DNA from: Euglena gracilis
Taxonomy: Eukaryota
DNA: 64,000 nucleotides
Direction of reading: 5' to 3'
NCBI GenBank assembly: GCA_039621445.1
Contig: CP154954.1
Location: 39,269,816-39,333,815 of the forward strand
The notes beneath the pieces are model-generated. The model was given only the letters and a program-made list of their open reading frames with translations, searched no databases and was not told the origin of the DNA. The first letter of the stretch is position 1, and each line of letters opens with the position of its first letter. This document shows, in pieces, positions 57,488 to 64,000 of the stretch. The translations under genes and the position numbers were made by a program.

Positions 57488-60225
57488 GGGTGGGGGGCAC
57501 TCGACGATAAAATGAACTTTTGCAAGGCATCACCATGTCCTTTGGGGGTGGAGAAGCATTAAGGGAGAGCATTTGTTTTATTTCTGTGAGGACCGCCCCT
57601 CTCCTCTCTCCCTCTCCCTTTCGGGCAAAGGGCCGGCTAAAGGCCTCGAACGGGGGCAAAATAGAAACATTCGAAAAACACAGTTTTTGATGATTTGGGT
57701 GGATGTCTAAGGGTGACAGGAATCAATTTTTCCCCTACACCGAACCCCCAATCTTTCGCAATTCACACCGTATTGTTTGCACTTCCGGTGAATATTTTTT
57801 GCAATTTATCTCAAAAAGGTTTGCATTTTATCTCAAAAATATTTGTCTCCGTTCCGAAATTTTTTGCACACGGATCGGGTTTTTTGCACAGTTGGCTTTA
57901 AGTCTGCGTTTTAGGTGCAAGATCTCAGGACTGCATCTAAGGCGCTGGACTTCAGGCATGAGGTCTGTGTCTTAAGGCGGAGATTCTGTCCAAAGTACTG
58001 CGCTTTGAATAATGGTTTTGTTGGAGCCCCCCGAAATCGACCGCGGAGATGTCATTGCTGCAAAAGCTGGTTCACCGCAGAATTTGTGATTTCATTCCAA
58101 CTTTTGACAAATAAGTCACATTGGACCGTTTCAAGCCTTCTTGATCTGTTTTTTTTCTTTCAAATTTAATGAAGCAGAAACAATGAAACTCCAATGCCAA
58201 CACGCGGTTTTGCGAAAAATCAAAGGAGTTTTTTTTTACATTTCCAAAGGCCGAAAAATCAAAGAAAGGAGTTTTTTGACATTTCCAAAGGCTGAAAACC
58301 CAAAGAAAGGAGTTTTTTAACATTTCCAGAGGCCAATTTTGGTTTTGGACGACTTTTCGCATGCATTCATGGTTGTGAAAAATCTTGACCATCACAAATG
58401 CATTACTCATTGAGTGTAGTTCGTTACGTGAATGTTGGAAAAAAGAGACATAGCGACGCGATGTATGGTGATGATTTTTCTTTGCAAAGAAAAACATTGC
58501 ATGTGTGGGCACCTTGCACGTAAACCCCCCCAAAATTGGAAATGATTAGCAAAATTTCTGCCATTGGAGCCATTTTTGGCTGGTTTTCCACCATTTCAGG
58601 CAGTTTTTTTTTGGCATTTCTGAATCTTTTTTGGGGCCAATTCATGGTCATTGTTGATTTTTGATGATTTTTTGATGTTCAATCCATTGAGGGTTCGTTT
58701 TGAACAGTTTTTGGCAGATTGTCAATGATTTTTGGGATATCAAATCTATCAAATATTTTTGATTGATTTAGGAAATGCTGGGCCTTTTGTGTCATTTCAG
58801 GTTATTTCTGACCAAATTTTGAACCGTGTCCATCCTTTCTGGCCATTTTGGCTGTCGCACAAGGCCTCCTGTTGGCTTAGCGCAAATAGGGTGTTCACCA
58901 ACTGTACGTTGATCGAACACAATAAACATAAATAAATTCGATAAGGCTTTTTTCATTGTTCAAAAACAAAAGGACGGAGGGCAAATATTTTTTGAGGAAG
59001 TGCAAATATTTTTGGCGGTGCAGTACAAAAAATTTGAGGCTTTTGGGCAATTTTTTTTGAGGGCACTGGGCGAAAATTCTGACTGGTTTGGGCGAATCTT
59101 TTTGTCAGCCGTGGGCAAACATTTCAGACCCTGGGTGTAATGGTGACCGGTGCCCGCAGAGAAAAGCCAAAGTTTCTTGCCCATTTTCCTGTATATATTC
59201 CCTGAGTGTCCTGGGACAGCGGAGGTTTTTTTCATATTTGCTTAAGGAACGCCGCACCCCCACCCCACTCCACCCACAGTCAAATCTAGCCCAGAGTTTT
59301 TTTTGAATTTTGTGACCCGGGGGGGGAGTCCCGGCCTAGTTGAGTGGGAATCATGCATTGCGATTTGTGGATGCCCATCCATACATCTCTCTAAGGTTTT
59401 GCGAACCCCCGTGGGGGGCGCCTGCAGCCGGGCCCCGATTTGGGCCCAGCCCAGCCGCAGCAGCACCCCCCCCCCCACGGGGGCGTTGCTGGCCAAGCTA
59501 GCCAGCCCCTTTTTTGGGGGTCCAGCCCAGAATTTTTTCGGCCAAAGCGCCGAAATTTTTTGAAAAACTGTGTTCATAGTGGCCAAAAATGGGGTTTGGG
59601 GGACGTTTGGGGTATTTTTGGGGGGTTTCGGATGCATCATTTTTTTAAAATTATATTTTACAGGTCATTTTTGAGCATTTTTCCGATTTCAGTCCAGCGG
59701 GGCAAATACCCCCCCTGGGGGGGGCGGGCTAGCCAGCCCAAATTTCTAGCCCTAGCCCAGCAACCCCCCCGAAGTTCTTGAAGAGATGTATGTGCCCATC
59801 TTCACTGCGTCACGACGAGAATTTTTTCTAACAATTTTGTTTTGTTTTTTTTTCCCCCCTCGGTGCACTCAGGCCGGCCTGGACTCGGCAACCACCTCCA
59901 GTGCACCCTTGAACCATGGTGCTGTTGCAGCTGCCACCGCATCCAATTCAGTGCCCCCTGCTTCCCCCCGCGGCAGCTCACCGGTTCTGGGTTGCCCTCA
60001 ACCGTGGACGCTAGTACGCACCCCCAGGAGTGTGCACTGAACACGTGCGATGGACCCGTGTGTGGAGGGGGGCATATGATGGTGGAATGGAAGCATGGTT
60101 TACCCCCACCTCAACCCCAGCGTGGTGTTTGCAGTGGTCACTGAAGGGTCGTTGTTTAGGTTGTTGCCTCCCTCAGGTTGCAATATAATCCACAGACATG
60201 CAGATGTGCACGCTTTTGGAGATCG

Positions 60226-60229
<4 letters not shown>

Positions 60230-60262
<33 letters not shown>
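60230..60262. repeat. (CA)n microsatellite
   Basis: About 16 CA units. Confidence 0.95.
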
Positions 60263-60264
<2 letters not shown>

Positions 60265-62647
60265 AATGAAGGTTCAACGTCCAACGCATGACGCACGACA
60301 CAGGCAGTTGGCGTTTTTCCCCAGTGGGCCCATCACGGTGGTAGCGTCCGCATCTCGTAAGAAAGTTGTTGTCAGCGATTCTTGTAATAATAGGTTTTTT
60401 CACGCCGCTTCGAAGGCCTCTTTGTCAGTCTCGTCTTGCAGTTGTTTGAATTGCATGATCAGCTTGAGTAATTTGGTTACAGATCCGTGCCAAAAGGACG
60501 ATTATGATCCATAGGTGTTGAAGTGGGGGGTCGGGGGGGGGGCCGCCCCCACCGAGATTTTGGGAAGAAAAATGTTTTTGCAAGGTGTGTGGTTTACTCA
60601 CCACATTCTCTGTGCTTTTTAAATTTCCCACAAAAGTTCACAACTTTTCATTGAGCTTTTTGGCTATTTTTGATGTTGAATGTCGCCACCGTCTCGCCGC
60701 CCTTCGGGCGGCAAAACCAGTCCAAAACTCATGGGTCAGAGGGGGCAAAAATCTTTTTCCAAGGGGCGGAAACAAACCGCATGTGTTTTGACATGATTTT
60801 TAAAATTCATTTTTTCATAAACACACCATTCCTGTTGACAGATTTGCCTCTTTTTGGGGAAACCTTTTGGAAAAATGCATTACCGTCTCGCCGCCCTTCG
60901 GGCGGCAATACATTTCTTTTCTGTTTCATGCAAAATGGCTCAGGGGGCCGGTTTTTCTCATTGCCGTCTTTTTCATATTTGCACTCTTTTTTTGGAATCC
61001 CAAAACACAAAAGGCATCAATGTTAAAATTACCACATTTTCCCCACATTCAATGGGGGCTGGGCACGGCGGGGTGGGGGGGGGCTGAGGGCGGGGAGTGG
61101 TTCAGTGGCGACTGAAATTTCTGGCCCCCGGAAATATCACGAAGTTTCAAAATTTTTTACTTTTTTATTTCCGACAGTTTTCCACGAATGTCACCACCAT
61201 ATCGAGCAGGGGTCCAAGGAAGGGTCCGATTGGGCCATCATTTAACGGGCCCGATTTTTTGGGGGGGTCCCCGTCCCCCCCCACCGGGGGGTCCTGAGCC
61301 ACCCTGGGGTGGGTGGGTGGGTCAGACGCCACGAGCGATGCGCCAAAACCCCCAACGCCATCTTTTATGGAAAAAAAAAGCCTTACTGTCTGGCCGCCCT
61401 TTGGGCGGCTGGGGAAAACTTGTCATAATGGGCCTTGTCAGGAAGTTATTGTTTCCTTGCCCCCGAGAAAAAACAAAACTTCTACACCCCTGCTATGATC
61501 CGCCTACTTCGGCAAAGAAAAGCAGTAAGAAGCACCACAACCAACACCACACACCAAAAAACAACAGCCAGAAAGAAGATCAGGACATCACTGGAGTTTT
61601 TTGCGGAGCGGCAGCTGTCTCTGCCTCTCGTTATCCCGAATACTTGCATTCCTAAAGGATTCTCATAAAATCCCTGTTTCGTCATTGGTTTTTCACCCGT
61701 CCGAACCCCAAGGGCCCACCGACCCCCACCGACCAAAAATTTCCATCTGAGAGTGTTACTGCTGGTGTAAGGCACTTATTTGGACCCATCCGGACCATTT
61801 CCGGGTGGTTTGGACCCTCCACAGACCATTTTTATGACCACTGACTAGCTACCGATTAGTTTGCATACAACTTTCTTCAAAAAAGTCAGTGAGACTTTCC
61901 CGTAACTACGTTGGAGTGGGTCGTAGGCCGACTAGTCCGCCGACCACCAAGGACCCCCCTCCTGTCTCGGCGACGAGCTGCCGGCCAGGCCTAGTCGGCC
62001 GACCAATTTGTCGGTCGGCCGACCACCCAGGACCCCCCCCCCCCAGTCCCCCCCAGTCAGCTGTGGAGGCGCGGGATTTCCCCTGCCCCTTAGTCTGAGG
62101 CTTCGGCTGGGAGGTTCGCCCATAGCCGGAAGACGTAACCTGTGTGAATCCTTGTCTCGAGATTAATCCCCGAGCAGAGGATGCAGCACCCTGGCCGCCA
62201 GTACCTCCACCGCCTTTCGGTGTGGGCTGGTCACCAGATTTCGGTGGGGGTTTACAAGGTGCGGCGCCCGGCTTTGATTTGGCCGGGGCCTTCGGGCTTC
62301 CGGTTTCCGGAGGGTCCGAGGGCCGCCTGTCGGCGTGACGCTTGCTCGCCCAGGTGCGTGGTGACGCTTGGGACGGGGGTCTTTTCCCAGACACCGAGCG
62401 ACGTTGCCCTTCAGCAGGGGTTTCTGGAGCTGAGGGTCGTCCTACATGTTCCTTTGCGGCGCCCATGGTTTTTCCAGGGGTGGCCTTGGGGGAGGGTGTA
62501 GGAGTAGGTGTGGCCGGCGCGTTTCGCGCTGGTTGGGCCTGTGGTGGAGGCATGGACGTCCCCTCAGCCTGTTTTTCAGGTGCGCATGTCCCAGTGCCTG
62601 GACGCTTAATCGTGGTGACTCTGGCTGTGCCCTGAGGTGCGGGTTGT

Positions 62648-63563
62648 CAGTCTTGCTGGACATACCCAACGAAACTGGTTGCTGGCTCCCAAGTGTCCTC
62701 CTCGGGCCCATACCCTTTCCAGCGGACTTTCCAAAGGTACATACCTTTATCGAGTTTGTGATTGATGATTTTATCGACTACAAAATCGTCCGTCTCAGGT
62801 AATCTGGGACAGGGCTTGAAATGCAAGCACGGGATGGGTATCCCATCCGGTTGTGACAGGTATGGTTTGCAGTCGTCCATATGAACGTCCTCAACACCAT
62901 TCGGTAATGCAACCTTATATCGCCAGCTGGTACCTAGTCTTTCTAAAATTTCACAGGGTCCGAGCCAAGGGGGGTCCAGCTTGGAAGGCCCGCATGCGAG
63001 TACGGCTACTCCGTACCCACACGCGGTCACCGGGACTATACACAGGTGACTTGAAATGCTGCAAAAACGATTTCCGTTTATTTGCATGAATATCAGTTAT
63101 TCGCTTCTGGACTGCAGAACGTACATTTTCTACTTCCGCAAACCAGGTCTCGCAAATGACACTCTTTCGGTCGGGTCTCTCCGAAGGGACATCCCCTATA
63201 GCCGGAGCGTCCGAAAACTAGTTTATAGGGGGAGTGAGGTAAAACCAGCCCTGATAAGGTACTAATATAGAACAAAGACCATGGTAGCACTGATATCCAG
63301 TTGCTGCGCGAGTCAGCCAGTGAAAGGCGATGCATATTCACGACGGATTTCACGGCTGCCTCGGCTCTACCATCGCCTTTGGGTTGGTATATAATGGAAA
63401 AATGTTGCTCGATTCCGAGTAAACCGCATAAGGTGGTGAAAAACGTTGAAGAAATCAAATGGTGTTGATCACTCAAAATTTCATTCGGTAAAGCATTTAT
63501 GCAAATGCATTTCTCCAAAAATATAACCGCCAAACTTTGGGCAGTCAACCCTGACTTCTGGCA
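62648..63563 (-). pseudogene. Diverged family-B-like integrase C-terminal half and chromodomain fragment
   Basis: LPNEILSDQ...[29 protein letters not shown]...[14 protein letters not shown]; frameshifted. Confidence 0.88.
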
Positions 63564-64000
63564 ACAGGCAACCGGAAACAGGGAGGTTGAGGCGTAATAC
63601 CTCAGGCGTGTGGGGTACCGTCTCTGTCGGGTTTTCCCGCGGAGGGGTCGGTACGCCTGTTGTACTCAGCGAGGTCGGCGAGAGCGGTACAGGTGAAAAC
63701 TCACCTGCCGGTGCTGCCGGTTCCTGGGCCATTTCCGCCACAGTATCCAGCGTCACTACCGATGGGCTACGGGTTTACCGTGCCGGAGGTTCTACTGGCT
63801 GAGGTTCAGCCTCGGCCATGGGAACTGCTTCTTCCTCCTGTTCTTCTTCCTCCTCCGCTTCCGGAGGGGATTCCTCGGTACGCAGCTGTGCTGCAGAACG
63901 CGGGCCTTCCCGGCTCTGTAGCACCCTTGTGCGTCTGACAGGCCGTAAAGGCTTATACTTTCACTCCTGTCAGAGTTCGGGTATGGCATTGGCCACGTCG

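Noticed and set aside
57500-61900. Host gene exons
   Set aside because: Only short ORFs in homopolymer-rich sequence with no recognisable protein motifs
61906-62553. 215 aa Pro/Lys-rich minus-strand ORF
   Set aside because: Low complexity with no domain motif; cannot be supported as a gene, though it may be a TE fragment

Overview
Eukaryotic (probably protist; the taxon cannot be fixed from sequence alone) transposon-dense DNA with no recognisable host gene. It is a nest of retroelements. (1) Family A (1-14002, +): a Ty3/gypsy chromodomain retrotransposon with the order gag-[UAG]-C5 cytosine methyltransferase-[+1 shift]-Dam-like N6-adenine methyltransferase-PR-RT-RNaseH-IN-chromodomain. It is followed through a shared ~2 kb LTR by an internally deleted tandem copy. 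(2) Family B: two decayed gypsy copies (14012-30975 on -, 34899-44736 on +) plus an IN/chromo fragment (62648-63563). B also carries a Dam-like methyltransferase, but between PR and RT. (3) A young gag-only non-autonomous LTR element (18825-27792, -), with apparently identical 434 bp LTRs and a 5 bp TSD, inserted in the protease of the minus B copy. (4) A ~29 bp satellite (32545-34898). (5) A full-length APE-RT-RNaseH LINE (48458-56467, -) with a 22 bp TSD in a (TGGGGG)n tract and a C-rich tail. (6) An unexplained Pro-rich ORF (44867-47510). The most notable observation is LTR retrotransposons that encode DNA methyltransferases, family A with two different chemistries plus a chromodomain. A shared UAG-readthrough stem-loop and tandem tRNA-iMet primer-binding sites are also notable. 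All domain calls come from motif reading only; no database search was run.
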